From: an uncultured virus (IMG/VR IMGVR_UViG_3300005512_000013)
Lineage: Duplodnaviria > Heunggongvirae > Uroviricota > Caudoviricetes
Strand: one strand, 5' to 3'
Length of the DNA: 64,000 nucleotides
IMG/VR virus record: IMGVR_UViG_3300005512_000013
Part shown: in pieces, positions 9,349 through 20,064 of the stretch
Numbering within the stretch: position 1 is the first letter of the stretch
Layout: each line of letters starts with the position of its first letter
Notes under the pieces: model-generated
The model's input: only the letters and a program-made list of their open reading frames with translations
Told to the model about the DNA's origin: nothing
Databases searched by the model: none
Position numbers and translations under genes: made by a program

Positions 9349-11483
9349 TAGGGCATATCTCCTGCAATGTAGAATTCCATTACAAGCGTAGTCGCCTCAG
9401 ACCCCGACGGAACGGTATCCGGCAAAGAAATGAAATTCATGTAGGGAGCCTGTGAATCTCCGATATAAGCCGGAGAATATTTTTCGGTGATATCAGTCAC
9501 GGCGCCAACTGTTCTTGTCCACCTAATATCATATTCTTTCGTAAAGGCCAGACCGTCGTCGCTATTATTAGCCCAAACACCATGTTCAGCAGTCGCAGCA
9601 TTGCCATCCCAATATTCAGGGAAATCTTCCGCCATTGCTTCGCCGTATATCCAGCGGGGCTGTTCCCCGGCTGTAAGGAAGGGCCAAGAGTCTGGGGCCA
9701 TCACCCACTTTCCGACAGAGGTAGATCCGGTGTAATTACCAGAAGCATCGTACTGTAGAGTAACAGTCTGCTGGAGACCGGAAGCAGTGGCAGGCCGCGT
9801 CGTAATATTACCATTGGCTAGGTTTTGAATGTACTGATGGAACTGGGCGGCGGTAATCTCGTAGCCCAAGCCATCGGTCATTGAGCTCTGAACAGAACCG
9901 CTAATGCTAATAATCATACCAGCAGTATGGAGATCGTAAAGAACCTGCTTCATGGTCAGCCAGCCGTAGCCGAGCGAGTTGCCCGATCCGTCCTTGCCAA
10001 TCAAGATGTTCAGATCTCCTGCGTTGTTCCAACGGATCACACAGTGAATCTCTGTGGTCGCAGGATCCCAAGTGTTGGCGTTAGGTCCGACCGTAGCCGT
10101 TCCATCACCAGCCGTGAGATTATAAATGGTAGTGTTTGCACTGACGACCAGAGGATCACCGTTCTCATCAAGACCACTATATCCCACGGAGTTCTTCCAG
10201 TACCCCATGTAGGCCATGTCGGTATACGCTTCAGCATTCGCTCCGGTCAAGGGATCTCCATTAAGACCATAGGTCTCCATAGGAATTGCCTCGCCGTATG
10301 GCTTCATACCGTAGCTATTGAACAGATCAATAAGACGGTCATCACCCGTAGTGAACGGGGGATTAGCACCATTGATACCACTACCGCCGGTAATCATGCC
10401 CTTGGTATTCAAGAAGATCTTGGCACCGACATCGAGACCAACGGTGTCAAAGCCCATGCTGTAGAGACCAGCGAGCTCAGGAGCAAACCAGTTGTTGTAA
10501 GCCTCATCAGAGGCCGAGTAACCTGGGTTCTGTTCATCAACATAATCAAAGCCAGTGCTTGCAAGGAAGCCCGGCGAGTTACCCGTTCCTGTCCAAGCGG
10601 GGTTATGCCCGAGGAAGGTTCGGTCGTTTGTTTCCATATCAGCCGCATCATAGAACGCACGGTATCCGAAGTACACGCCCACTTCAGGGGTGCCACCTTC
10701 AGCCGTCACAAAATCCTTGGTTGCCTGAACCGCGTAGGACCAAGCTGCCTCGGAGTCGCCGGGCGTACCGCTGATCCCATCAACAGTGAACGGGCTCGAG
10801 GAAGTTACCGCGGTGGTAATATCATCAGCGTCCTGGATATACTTTGCTTCAGTGAATCCCAAGCCTGTGTACGGGTTAGAGTTGTAGTACGGCTGGTTGC
10901 CCTGATAGTTAGTAAAGCCAGCAATGTTCCAGTAGTGCATTCTTTCAAAACCACGTCCCGCCATAACAGCAGCGGTATCGTTAGCGTACTTAAGACGACC
11001 GTTGGTATTAGGGTCGGACATATCCGATCCTGCAAGAGGTGTACGTCGATATAGATGACTATTAACGCCCCAGTGCATTCCTTCTGCATTTGTCGTAGAA
11101 GGAGCAATAAGATCGCTCGTCGAAGAGTTACCGAAACCGAAGGCGGCAATAGGACGTCGGTCGACTGCAAAGTCATAGCCGACAAAGGTGGCGTTAGTTC
11201 CGGACCACGTAATAGGGTTAAGGGAATCATCGTATGGTGTGGTGAAGCCCGCATCGGAGTAAGCCTCGATGTCGTAGAGCTTGCCCTCCACCATCGTGCT
11301 ATAGTCCGTGATAGGGTTAGCGGAATCTCCGGTCTCAAAGACCTTGAGATAGATCTCACCACCACCAGAGGTGGCCGTCGTAAAGTCTTTCGAAAATAGG
11401 ACCGCCGAGCCGTCAGCCTGAGCGGTCAAAGTGAACGTCACGCTTTCGCCCGCAGGCGTAGTAAATGTAAGTGAATTAGCCAT
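9348..11483 (-). CDS. Putative tailspike/receptor-binding protein, possibly with a glycoside-hydrolase-like domain
   Basis: 711 aa, G/T/D/Y-rich, in the fibre cluster; the segment LYSMGFDTVGLDVG resembles a TIM-barrel GH strand. Confidence 0.45.
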   Translation of the reverse strand: MANSLTFTTPAGESVTFTLTAQADGSAVLFSKDFTTATSGGGEIYLKVFETGDSANPITDYSTMVEGKLYDIEAYSDAGFTTPYDDSLNPITWSGTNATFVGYDFAVDRRPIAAFGFGNSSTSDLIAPSTTNAEGMHWGVNSHLYRRTPLAGSDMSDPNTNGRLKYANDTAAVMAGRGFERMHYWNIAGFTNYQGNQPYYNSNPYTGLGFTEAKYIQDADDITTAVTSSSPFTVDGISGTPGDSEAAWSYAVQATKDFVTAEGGTPEVGVYFGYRAFYDAADMETNDRTFLGHNPAWTGTGNSPGFLASTGFDYVDEQNPGYSASDEAYNNWFAPELAGLYSMGFDTVGLDVGAKIFLNTKGMITGGSGINGANPPFTTGDDRLIDLFNSYGMKPYGEAIPMETYGLNGDPLTGANAEAYTDMAYMGYWKNSVGYSGLDENGDPLVVSANTTIYNLTAGDGTATVGPNANTWDPATTEIHCVIRWNNAGDLNILIGKDGSGNSLGYGWLTMKQVLYDLHTAGMIISISGSVQSSMTDGLGYEITAAQFHQYIQNLANGNITTRPATASGLQQTVTLQYDASGNYTGSTSVGKWVMAPDSWPFLTAGEQPRWIYGEAMAEDFPEYWDGNAATAEHGVWANNSDDGLAFTKEYDIRWTRTVGAVTDITEKYSPAYIGDSQAPYMNFISLPDTVPSGSEATTLVMEFYIAGDMP

Positions 11484-11507
11484 TTGGCTCTCCTTGTAAA
11501 GTTAATT

Positions 11508-11541
11508 AAAGTCCCCACCTCTCCGCTAAGAGAAGCGAGGG
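11508..11541 (-). terminator. Intrinsic terminator-like hairpin
   Basis: Minus strand CCCTCGCTTCTCT-TAGC-GGAGAGGTGGGG followed by ACTTT. Confidence 0.5.
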
Positions 11542-11552
11542 AAGGGTTAAGG

Positions 11553-14500
11553 TCATGTTGATTTAATAAGACCGAAGGGAATAACCTCGGTAACACTGTC
11601 TGCCGTAAGAAAGCAAGTCAAGGACTTACCCACGTCCCCATTCTGAACAGTATAGCTAGAGGCTATACTTACCACCGTACTCCCAAGCATCCACTTGTAA
11701 GATCTCGGGGCAGCGTCGTTTTCTAGCAGTTCTCCTTCATAGTCAAGAGCAACTACGTCAGCAGGAACCTTTCGAGTTGCGTTATTTGATGAAGGAGGAA
11801 TACGAAAGCGATTAAAGGGAAGCACCGTAGTAATGGTTTCGCTGCCAGTGATTCCCGTTTCAATGGCATCAATAGGATGAGGCAACGAGCTGGAAGTTCG
11901 AGGGTTACCCTTAATATCATAAGGAAGAACCGAACCGAGATCCAGAGTAACTGGGTCGCTTACAAGCGACGTATGCAGCAGTCCCCCGTTTTCGATAGCC
12001 CCATACTTAGAAACGCCCCATTCCTTATTACCGGAATTAGAAACGTAGCCAGCCACCATAGTATTACTAGCGTCGGGGACTACGTTAGGGTTACCGAGCC
12101 GGGTCGTACTAAAAGTACCAACCGTACCCAGAGCCGAGTCCTTGAACTGAACGTCAAAAGCGCCAGGAGGGCTGGAGCCGTTTGAATTGCCATCAGTCTG
12201 CGAAATCGAGGAGCCTTCAATATGGAGATGGATATTCGCCGCATCTGCTTCTCGCCCTGCTGTAGTCAGGTTCACGTAGTTATCCATGTTTGTTCCCTTA
12301 ATACCAAGCCGCATAGGAACTGGCTTCTCAATCTTGAAGAGAAAATCAGCCTTGACATCCTTAGGATCCAAGAACAAAGCATTAGAGAAGACGCAGTCCG
12401 AAACTGCGCCACTCGCTTGGAACAGGAACTGCTGTTCCATGACTGAAGTGTAGTCGTGAAATAGCGTATTGTTCATTGTGGCGGGTGAGTTGGCTGTTTG
12501 TACCCCATCCTGGTGAGCCCAGAATAGTGGACAGACTCGATCGCCTGCTTGCAGATCCATGGTAAGGATGTTGTCAACAAACGCCTGAGCGAGAAGACCG
12601 TTGGCAGGGGTGTCCGTCACTGGGTTTAAACCACCCGAGCTATAGTACGCCGCGACAGTATCTGTGTTAATATCAAGACCCCTGGCGGCAAACAATGGAA
12701 CACCATCTGGGTTGTCATACCGAGCGGAATTGTACATTCGCATGTATGGTAGGGCCGGATCGAGCGGGTCGATGCCGTCTCCAATGGGAGAGGACGGCCT
12801 GCTGTTAGACCAAGACATTAGGGCCTTTCCGTTGCCGTCAATAACTCGGCTACCAACAATAGCGGGGTATGGGTTTCTTCCCCAGTCAGCATCGTCAACA
12901 TACGTAAGACAGGACGTGGTGGAGTTATACGTCTTGGCAACAAACGTCCTGCCAGCTGGGGTCAGAGGCTGCCCACTCTTCCACACAAAGAAATCAAAGT
13001 CGTAAAAGCGAGTACCATCGACGCAGGCGCCGTAAGTGCCTCCAGCGTCTGAGCTCTGTGTGTATCTAGGAGGCCATGTCGTAGGGGGCGTAACAAAATA
13101 TGCGCGCCACTCTAGGATGTTCTTACCAGCATTAGTTACCTCAGCATCCGTAGCGTAAAACGTACCGTCCTCAGCTACCCACGTAATCCGACTGATCTCG
13201 CAAGTACCACGCGTGATGCTATCGTTACCAACGGAGTCAACGTAGTCGTAATAGTACTTACCATTTACGTCAATGCCTCCAGTACTGAGACCAAAGCCGT
13301 TCGATACATAGCGTTCAGTATCGAGGTCAGTCCCTTGGGCATTAGGCCCATAGGAGGTAATGTGTCTGAAGTTGTTTACGCCAGCCTCAGCTGCGGTCGT
13401 TAGGAAGTAAAGCGTATCCCACCAAATAGCACCATCGCAATTAAAGATGGAGCTTAGGCCGCCGCCGACGATTGTATTGATGAAGGTATTATAGATTCCT
13501 ACATTAAGACGAGCGTTAGCATCCTCGCCTCTAAACAGCGCCTGCTCGTATGGGTTCTGAGTGGAGGCTCCTGGGTCATCCGCCTGGTCCGACCTAAGAG
13601 CCGGGCTCTGGCGTCCAGTAGGCATCTTTCTATAACTCATGCTCGAATCTTTAATAGTACATCCATTAAAGACCAGAGGAATAAAATCCGCAGATGCAAG
13701 CTTAAAGGCCAAGTTGTTATACATATCAAGCGTGATATTTTCAAACAGAATAGGATCCCCGTTGCGCAGACTACAAGTAGTCCACGTAGGATCAAAACTG
13801 TCTGCATCAGCCGAGGTAGTACCGGGGAAGTTCTCCGATAAGATAATAGTCACATCATTCTTGTCCCCCGTCGACGACCTAATTCTCCGGTAACCCGCAG
13901 TAAGAGGATCCGTTGCGTCTAGAGCAGGGTAGGTAGTAACACTTTGAATCACATAGAGCCCAGGAGTAAGAACAAAATCAATCGCCTTATGCTGGGTATT
14001 GTTATCTTGGTTGTACCTACAGATATGCGAATGAAGGTTAGGTGAGTACAAGGTACCATCAGGCTCCGTGTAGTCAATTCTTGTGTTCTTAGTTAGGTCA
14101 AGGTCTGCAGCGTTAAGATTAACCGTGTGAATCTTCGTAGCATCTTCCATGACTCGAATCGTCCGTGAGACAACACGAGCAGGAATAACCGATGGGGATC
14201 GTGGGATAGCCTCGGCGTACAGAGTACGATCTTCGTAGTCCGTAGGGGCTGTATTAGAGTTATCAATACGAACCCAGTATCCCTGTACCTTTGTTCCATC
14301 GGGCATAATGCGCTGAGTAATATCAGTGACAGTTTGTGCCGAAGCACCACCGTAGTAGAAGTTTACCTGTTCAATACCAGTAGAGTCGTAAGTATCTGCA
14401 GAAGCGCAGGCATACAGTGCAGCGTCGTCTGCCACGTAGAATGTTTCAGGAAGGAACAGATGTACAATCGTAGCTTGATCAGCTTCAGTAAGCGTAGGGG

Positions 14501-14630
14501 AAGACTTGGTATAGTTAGCATCCCCATTCCAGACTACAGTGCTTACAGGCGCTGAGACACCAATGGTCTCTCCATCGGCGCTTACCTGCCAAAACGTATC
14601 TGTAATACTAAATCTGTTTTTATTAGCCAT
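11553..14630 (-). CDS. Large tailspike/receptor-binding protein (~1025 aa)
   Basis: AAGGAG RBS before MANKNRF (true start 14630). N-terminus resembles that of 7243-9348; beta-helix-like segments and an Ig-like C-terminus. Confidence 0.6.
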   Translation of the reverse strand: MANKNRFSITDTFWQVSADGETIGVSAPVSTVVWNGDANYTKSSPTLTEADQATIVHLFLPETFYVADDAALYACASADTYDSTGIEQVNFYYGGASAQTVTDITQRIMPDGTKVQGYWVRIDNSNTAPTDYEDRTLYAEAIPRSPSVIPARVVSRTIRVMEDATKIHTVNLNAADLDLTKNTRIDYTEPDGTLYSPNLHSHICRYNQDNNTQHKAIDFVLTPGLYVIQSVTTYPALDATDPLTAGYRRIRSSTGDKNDVTIILSENFPGTTSADADSFDPTWTTCSLRNGDPILFENITLDMYNNLAFKLASADFIPLVFNGCTIKDSSMSYRKMPTGRQSPALRSDQADDPGASTQNPYEQALFRGEDANARLNVGIYNTFINTIVGGGLSSIFNCDGAIWWDTLYFLTTAAEAGVNNFRHITSYGPNAQGTDLDTERYVSNGFGLSTGGIDVNGKYYYDYVDSVGNDSITRGTCEISRITWVAEDGTFYATDAEVTNAGKNILEWRAYFVTPPTTWPPRYTQSSDAGGTYGACVDGTRFYDFDFFVWKSGQPLTPAGRTFVAKTYNSTTSCLTYVDDADWGRNPYPAIVGSRVIDGNGKALMSWSNSRPSSPIGDGIDPLDPALPYMRMYNSARYDNPDGVPLFAARGLDINTDTVAAYYSSGGLNPVTDTPANGLLAQAFVDNILTMDLQAGDRVCPLFWAHQDGVQTANSPATMNNTLFHDYTSVMEQQFLFQASGAVSDCVFSNALFLDPKDVKADFLFKIEKPVPMRLGIKGTNMDNYVNLTTAGREADAANIHLHIEGSSISQTDGNSNGSSPPGAFDVQFKDSALGTVGTFSTTRLGNPNVVPDASNTMVAGYVSNSGNKEWGVSKYGAIENGGLLHTSLVSDPVTLDLGSVLPYDIKGNPRTSSSLPHPIDAIETGITGSETITTVLPFNRFRIPPSSNNATRKVPADVVALDYEGELLENDAAPRSYKWMLGSTVVSIASSYTVQNGDVGKSLTCFLTADSVTEVIPFGLIKST

Positions 14631-14654
14631 TTGGCTCTCCTTGTAAACGTAAAG

Positions 14655-14685
14655 AAAAGCTCCGCCTCCCGGTAGGGAGACGAAG
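14655..14685 (-). terminator. Intrinsic terminator-like hairpin
   Basis: Minus strand CTTCGTCTCCC-TACC-GGGAGGCGGAG followed by CTTTT. Confidence 0.55.
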
Positions 14686-14692
14686 ATTAGAG

Positions 14693-16531
14693 TTAAACTA
14701 TAGGACCGTCGTAGGCACGCCATCCAGAGATATCTCCCTGGTCGGCTGCGTAGAAAGCTAGGACTCGTATCGGGGTTCCGGAGTAGCTTACCGTACCAGA
14801 CGTAAAGTCGATGTTAGGCCTATTGTTTCCGGTTGTCGTCTGAGTAACAGACTGCCAGCCATTTGCTACATCCCAAACGTAAGCGTGAGGGAAGGAAGAA
14901 AGCACGGTATCAGCGTTCCATCCGCCTGAAACAGTATTCGCAATTCGGAAATTGCCGGCGGAAGTACCAAAGGTTTCTACAACAATGTTATTCCCAGAAG
15001 CACCTGTTCCGTTCCACGCCGTCGGTGTGTTCACGTAGGTAACAGCTCCTCCGGACGCACCATAAGCGTAAGTCAGGGGTTCGGTATCCCAGTCATTCGA
15101 TGAAGGCTGTACCGTACCGAAGTCCACCACAGCGGTAGCGGAGGGCTCCCACTGGTTGGAAGCCGTAACTGTACATGTAATAGCCGTTCCATCTAGACCA
15201 GTAGTGTCGAGAGTCGCCGTCGTTGCACCAGTGCTCCACAAGTACGTAAGCGTGGGTGTATCGGTTCCGGCAACGCCGTCATCGGTAATCGACACCACGG
15301 TACCATCCGATGGATCAAATGCGGAGGGGGAGGGCGTTCCCGTAAAGGAAGCGACTACTCCCGAGCCTTCGAAGAATGTCACATCCCCGGTGATCAGCTG
15401 ATCGCCCGCGGAGTACGCATAAGCATACAGCTGAGTATCCGCCGGGGGATTCGACGTCACGTCGTCAGCGGGGTTAGCCCCTGGCGCCGTAAAGAGTTTA
15501 ATATCCACCACATCAACAATATTCGTATCGGTGACAGCCACCGCGACCATAGGTGCGGGGCTCTGCGAGTTGACAATCTTGCCGTTGACGTAAGCCGTAG
15601 CTACCGCACCGCACTTGATAGTCGCGCCGTAAGGCACGAGCGCAAGGTTGAGCGTAGCACCGGAGCCGCCGACAGGGACCAGAGGTCCGTTGTCCAGCTG
15701 ATAGGCCCAGGCGTACTGGTACGAAGGGGTGACGCCCTGGGGCCAGTCTTCGACTGTCCACTGAGGCGTTGCATACGCAGCACCTGCGTAGGTCTGTCCG
15801 TCCCAAGTAGCCTCGGGGGGACCGTCCTGCGCGAGGTTCGTGATATCCACCGAAAGGGTGCCGCTCGGGTCAACCTCATCTTTGAGGAGAACATTCGAGC
15901 TGACGACCACGCCCACACCGGAATCTTCCAGGAAGGCTTGGATATAATAGTTCTCTGTGCTTGAGGTCCAGCCACCGACAATGGTGAAGACCTGCGTACC
16001 GCCCTCGGGCTCCGTCACAGCCCCCAAAGAGGTCGTGGCATCAGGCGAGCCAGGGGTACTATAGTCATCCCACGTCACAATAGGAGTGGCGATGGCTGGG
16101 TCGAGCGTATTAATCAACGAGAGCGTCACGATGAGGTCATCCCCACTGCGAGTAAGGCTCAGGTTGTTGTAAGCAGGATCAATAAAGCTATAGCCCTGGC
16201 TCAGTTGGTAGCTCATGGTCTCCAGAGCACCAAGATCAGAAGCACTCACTCGGGTAAAGCACCCCAAGAGTACTTGAAGAGCCGCATCTTGGGACGGGTA
16301 GATACCCACCAGCTGCTTTTGATTAATAATCAGTAGCCAGGTGTCCCCGTTGTCAAACTTTTTGATCTGAAAACTGCGCACATATCGCGGCTTCTTTGTA
16401 GAAGAGGCCACACGCCGCCAATCAAAACCGCCGGAAGATGCAAACTCGTAGCTGTCTTCGATAACACGATTTCCGCCGTTCAAAACGTAGTCGCCATTAG
16501 CGTCTACTTGATAATTGTATACAAAAGGCAT
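14693..16531 (-). CDS. Virion/tail protein with Ig/PKD-like repeats
   Basis: GGAGG RBS before MPFVY; motifs SYQYAW..IKCGAVA and TYLWSTG..ITCTVTASN. Confidence 0.55.
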   Translation of the reverse strand: MPFVYNYQVDANGDYVLNGGNRVIEDSYEFASSGGFDWRRVASSTKKPRYVRSFQIKKFDNGDTWLLIINQKQLVGIYPSQDAALQVLLGCFTRVSASDLGALETMSYQLSQGYSFIDPAYNNLSLTRSGDDLIVTLSLINTLDPAIATPIVTWDDYSTPGSPDATTSLGAVTEPEGGTQVFTIVGGWTSSTENYYIQAFLEDSGVGVVVSSNVLLKDEVDPSGTLSVDITNLAQDGPPEATWDGQTYAGAAYATPQWTVEDWPQGVTPSYQYAWAYQLDNGPLVPVGGSGATLNLALVPYGATIKCGAVATAYVNGKIVNSQSPAPMVAVAVTDTNIVDVVDIKLFTAPGANPADDVTSNPPADTQLYAYAYSAGDQLITGDVTFFEGSGVVASFTGTPSPSAFDPSDGTVVSITDDGVAGTDTPTLTYLWSTGATTATLDTTGLDGTAITCTVTASNQWEPSATAVVDFGTVQPSSNDWDTEPLTYAYGASGGAVTYVNTPTAWNGTGASGNNIVVETFGTSAGNFRIANTVSGGWNADTVLSSFPHAYVWDVANGWQSVTQTTTGNNRPNIDFTSGTVSYSGTPIRVLAFYAADQGDISGWRAYDGPIV

Positions 16532-16555
16532 GTAGCCCTCCTTTTTATAAGTTAG

Positions 16556-16584
16556 AAACTCCCACACCCGGTAGGGCATAGGAG
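16556..16584 (-). terminator. Intrinsic terminator-like hairpin
   Basis: Minus strand CTCCTATGCCC-TACC-GGGTGTGGGAG followed by TTT. Confidence 0.5.
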
Positions 16585-16595
16585 ATATAGGTTAG

Positions 16596-17975
16596 TTAGA
16601 TCAGGATCGGTGTGTCGGTGCTGTCCTGCCAGCGGGTACGGATACCCAGGATGGAGCCAGAGCCGAAGTTGCTAGTTGAGTCTGTGTCCGTTCGACCGAT
16701 GAACAGTGAGTTGCCCGCACCGGAGAGGTACAGGAAGAAGCCGAACTGACCAACGGAGGTACCGCCCCGGTACTCGACGGACCCGGTACCATCGTACCCA
16801 CGGATCAGCTCAACCTCGACGTTGATCGAGTTGGCGTCCAGGAGGTTGGCACCTGTCCACAGTGCAGTGGCGGTGTAGGGGTAGGTGTAGTCATCCGTCA
16901 GCTCCTCGTACGCCTCGTAGATGGGACGTCCGTCCGCACTCGTACCAACGACGGTCGCCGTGTAGGTGAGCTGGTTGGCTGCGGTCAGGGGAGTAGCACG
17001 GTCGCACCAGATCGGGTTGCCCCCGCCGCCCGACTGAGCAGCCGGGGCCCATTTCACGCCGTCCCACACGAGGGCGTCGTTCAGGGTAGGGGTTGTTGTA
17101 GATGTATCCACGTCAGAGAGGTCGTCGAGGGAGGACGCTCCGCCACCATCGGCACCATCGGCACCATCAGCACCAGCGGGCCCAGTAGGACCCTGAGGTC
17201 CAGTGTCTCCTTGAGGTCCAGTAGCACCGGTGGGACCAATAGGACCCTGAGGGCCAGTAGCACCGGCAGCTCCATCGGAGCCATCAGCACCAGCGGGACC
17301 AGTAGGACCCTGGGGACCAGTAGCACCAACGTCACCACGAGGGATCGTGATGTCGAAGATAGCCGCTGCAGTCGTGCCTGAGTTGACCACGGCTGCGTCA
17401 GTGCCAGGGGCACCGGTAGTCGTTGTACCAACATCAAGCGTAGCTGCATCGCCCTGAGGACCCTCGGGTCCAGCAGTGCCGGCATCAAGGGTGACGAGCG
17501 CTTCAGTGAGTTCCTGAAGGGCGTTAATCTCCTGCTCCTTCTGTGCTTCGAGCTGGGTCGACGTAAGCCGGGAGCCAGGCTGGAACTCGACGATCGCGGT
17601 AGTCACGTCCGTTGAGCGCTGCACAGCGAGAGGAGTCGTAGCGTCGACCGTGAGGTCGGCGGTGTATGTATAACCAGCGACAGGCGTGGCAGCCCCAGTC
17701 GGGATAGTCACGCTGTCGATCTGCTGCCCGGTAGAGTCAACCGTGTAGGAATCCTCGGGGAGGACTCGGATCAGTCGCTGGGCCTCAGCAGAGAAGTTGG
17801 AGGCAACGGAGAGTTCCGCGCCGTCCGAATCCCGGATGACCGTTTGGACATCTAGGTGGACCTGAAGCTGTGAGGCGTCAGGCAAATTATCGCTCAGGGT
17901 CAGCGTAGCATAAGAGTAGCTAGCCGACACCGAGGTATATACTACCTCAAGAGTGAGGTTATTAATCTTAGCCAT
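16596..17975 (-). CDS. Tail fibre with T7 gp17-like N-terminal anchor and collagen-like repeats
   Basis: VQRST...VEFQPGSRL...QE anchor motif; Gly-X-Y repeats (GPQGPTGPAGADG). Confidence 0.8.
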   Translation of the reverse strand: MAKINNLTLEVVYTSVSASYSYATLTLSDNLPDASQLQVHLDVQTVIRDSDGAELSVASNFSAEAQRLIRVLPEDSYTVDSTGQQIDSVTIPTGAATPVAGYTYTADLTVDATTPLAVQRSTDVTTAIVEFQPGSRLTSTQLEAQKEQEINALQELTEALVTLDAGTAGPEGPQGDAATLDVGTTTTGAPGTDAAVVNSGTTAAAIFDITIPRGDVGATGPQGPTGPAGADGSDGAAGATGPQGPIGPTGATGPQGDTGPQGPTGPAGADGADGADGGGASSLDDLSDVDTSTTTPTLNDALVWDGVKWAPAAQSGGGGNPIWCDRATPLTAANQLTYTATVVGTSADGRPIYEAYEELTDDYTYPYTATALWTGANLLDANSINVEVELIRGYDGTGSVEYRGGTSVGQFGFFLYLSGAGNSLFIGRTDTDSTSNFGSGSILGIRTRWQDSTDTPILI

Positions 17976-17979
17976 TGCT

Positions 17980-20061
17980 TTACCTCGAGTAGAGTTTAAA
18001 GTCGATGATGTCACCTTCGGTGTAGAAGTCTAGCCAACGATTTACAGCGTTGGGGACTGCGATTTCCTTAGGGTTCATCAAAAAGATCGGTCGGAACCGA
18101 GAGAAGCTGAGGGTTGGGTCAGCGTTGGGGTAATACGCCGCACTAGTAGAAGGAATCATACTGCTCGCGTCATTAAGATCTCTAGTGTTTTCCCCCCAGG
18201 CGAGGGAGCGCATCCACTTTCCAGTAGTCTGGTTGTAAATACGCAGCTCGACGTAGTCGCTTCGGTCGAAGAAGTCTTCTTGGAAGTCCCCGTCGTAGTT
18301 CTTAAAGTCGCCGTTAGTGCAATTATAGTCATCCATCTGGAATGTTTGGCAACCGTCTCGGTAGTACCTTGGGAGCTTCGACTGCCTATACCTAACTAGG
18401 CTAGTATTGCCTGATGGCAGGAAGCTAGTTATGGTACCGGGCGTGCAATTAAAGTCCGCCTGCGGCTCCATAATATTGAGACCGTTACGAGCCCCAACTA
18501 CAACGCCAATTTCCTGCCAAAGTAGTCTAGCTTCAGTAAAAGGCTTGCGGTGAACAATCTCGATCTCACCAGGGAGGGTCAACATTCCTTGCATCCGGGA
18601 CAGTTTATTGTCACCAGTGAAGTGATCAGCCGACGTAAAGAAGTCAGCTCGTCGGAAGTTATCCTTAATGTAATCATATCCAGTATACTGAATATAAGCC
18701 GCGTCCTCCTGAGAACGGGCGGGCTCGCTCATGTAAGCCAGGAACTTCGAGTACTCAGGATCAAAGATAGTCCATTCCTCGTTCCCGAACGGCGCGCCAG
18801 TGTAGTTATTCCAGGGGAGCGTGCGCATCATGATGCCGCCGCCGTGGGCACAACCGTAGTCGTTAACGGTAGAGCCCCACATAAATCTAGCCCCTGAAGT
18901 CTGGTTAGGATTACAGCCGCCCCACAGGTTATCAAACCGGAGCTTCTTCCAGTCGCCGCTCATAGTCTTCCAGCGAATGTGGGAGATCTGTGTGTCAGCA
19001 CCGAAGAAGTTTTCTTGGTTAACCTCGTTGAGGGCAGGCTCGATAGAATTCCAATTAGCAATAGAAGGGGTCCACAGTACGTCGGGATCCCAAGCGCTTG
19101 AGCTGAGCCCTTGCGGGAATGTCTCAATGTCAAAGCTGCCATTCTGAAGGTAATCCATGTAGCCATTGTTGCCAGCCTGAGTCTGTCCGGTTTCCGAATA
19201 GCTATGGCAATCCAGCTCAAGGAGAATGTCGGCGTGGTCAATAGTACAATCGAATTCATCTACGGTTGGATAGCCAGCCAAGGTTTCTGGGTCAAGCCAG
19301 AACCTAAAGTTCGAGAGACCGAGAGCATTGGTATAGTCAGGCCCGCCGGCGCAGGACCCTCTTCTTCGGGGGGGATCGAGGAAGCCATTGGCTTCTTTCG
19401 CCCACCCATCAAAGGACTGAAATCTAGGCATGTACAAAGGAGTACTGCCTTGAGCATTGTAGTCCCATGGGGTGTACGCAGCTCCAGCTTCTGAAATATC
19501 GAGCCTCCACTCAGCGACGGCTCCACCCAGACCTACATCCGGCATGTTCATGCAGGGGAAGTATGTGATGTCGTCAGTGTTTGAGAAAACACCACCAAGG
19601 TCATCTTGTTGGTAGGGCGTAAACTGAAAGAAGTCGGAAGTAATAGTCAGAGCCGACACATGGCCAACTCCGGCATTGTCTCCATACCCGCTAACGTCCC
19701 AGCTCGACGAGCCAGTTCGAGCATCGGGCGCAAACTGCGCCCCCTGCCCCATCTGCGCGTCCGTCAAAGACCGGAGGGTCCCTGGGGTGTGAAGCTTATC
19801 AGTATCATAGTCGCTAAAATAGAGCGGAACAAAATGCGTGTAGTCAGTAGCGACTGATGGCAGGGGCCAATAGTCACCGTTGATCTTATTAGTCAGTCCG
19901 GGCTCATAGCTCGGTACTGGCCAAACCAGCACGGCCTCACTCCCGGTCCATACGTAGACTTCTTCCACAACCTTATCGTTGCTTCCGTCGTAAACGTACA
20001 TCTCCTTGGGGTAGACCCAGCTGGAATCTGTCTTAATTGCAAATTCCTGTGGGGTAGTCAT
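17980..20061 (-). CDS. Putative tail-associated protein (693 aa)
   Basis: Lies between two gp17-like genes; aromatic/Gly/Asp-rich; short N-terminal YVxxG..VW adaptor-like motif. Confidence 0.45.
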   Translation of the reverse strand: MTTPQEFAIKTDSSWVYPKEMYVYDGSNDKVVEEVYVWTGSEAVLVWPVPSYEPGLTNKINGDYWPLPSVATDYTHFVPLYFSDYDTDKLHTPGTLRSLTDAQMGQGAQFAPDARTGSSSWDVSGYGDNAGVGHVSALTITSDFFQFTPYQQDDLGGVFSNTDDITYFPCMNMPDVGLGGAVAEWRLDISEAGAAYTPWDYNAQGSTPLYMPRFQSFDGWAKEANGFLDPPRRRGSCAGGPDYTNALGLSNFRFWLDPETLAGYPTVDEFDCTIDHADILLELDCHSYSETGQTQAGNNGYMDYLQNGSFDIETFPQGLSSSAWDPDVLWTPSIANWNSIEPALNEVNQENFFGADTQISHIRWKTMSGDWKKLRFDNLWGGCNPNQTSGARFMWGSTVNDYGCAHGGGIMMRTLPWNNYTGAPFGNEEWTIFDPEYSKFLAYMSEPARSQEDAAYIQYTGYDYIKDNFRRADFFTSADHFTGDNKLSRMQGMLTLPGEIEIVHRKPFTEARLLWQEIGVVVGARNGLNIMEPQADFNCTPGTITSFLPSGNTSLVRYRQSKLPRYYRDGCQTFQMDDYNCTNGDFKNYDGDFQEDFFDRSDYVELRIYNQTTGKWMRSLAWGENTRDLNDASSMIPSTSAAYYPNADPTLSFSRFRPIFLMNPKEIAVPNAVNRWLDFYTEGDIIDFKLYSR

Positions 20062-20064
20062 TTA

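Noticed and set aside
17140..17330. Tandem nucleotide repeats
   Set aside because: They simply encode the collagen Gly-X-Y repeats of the tail fibre.
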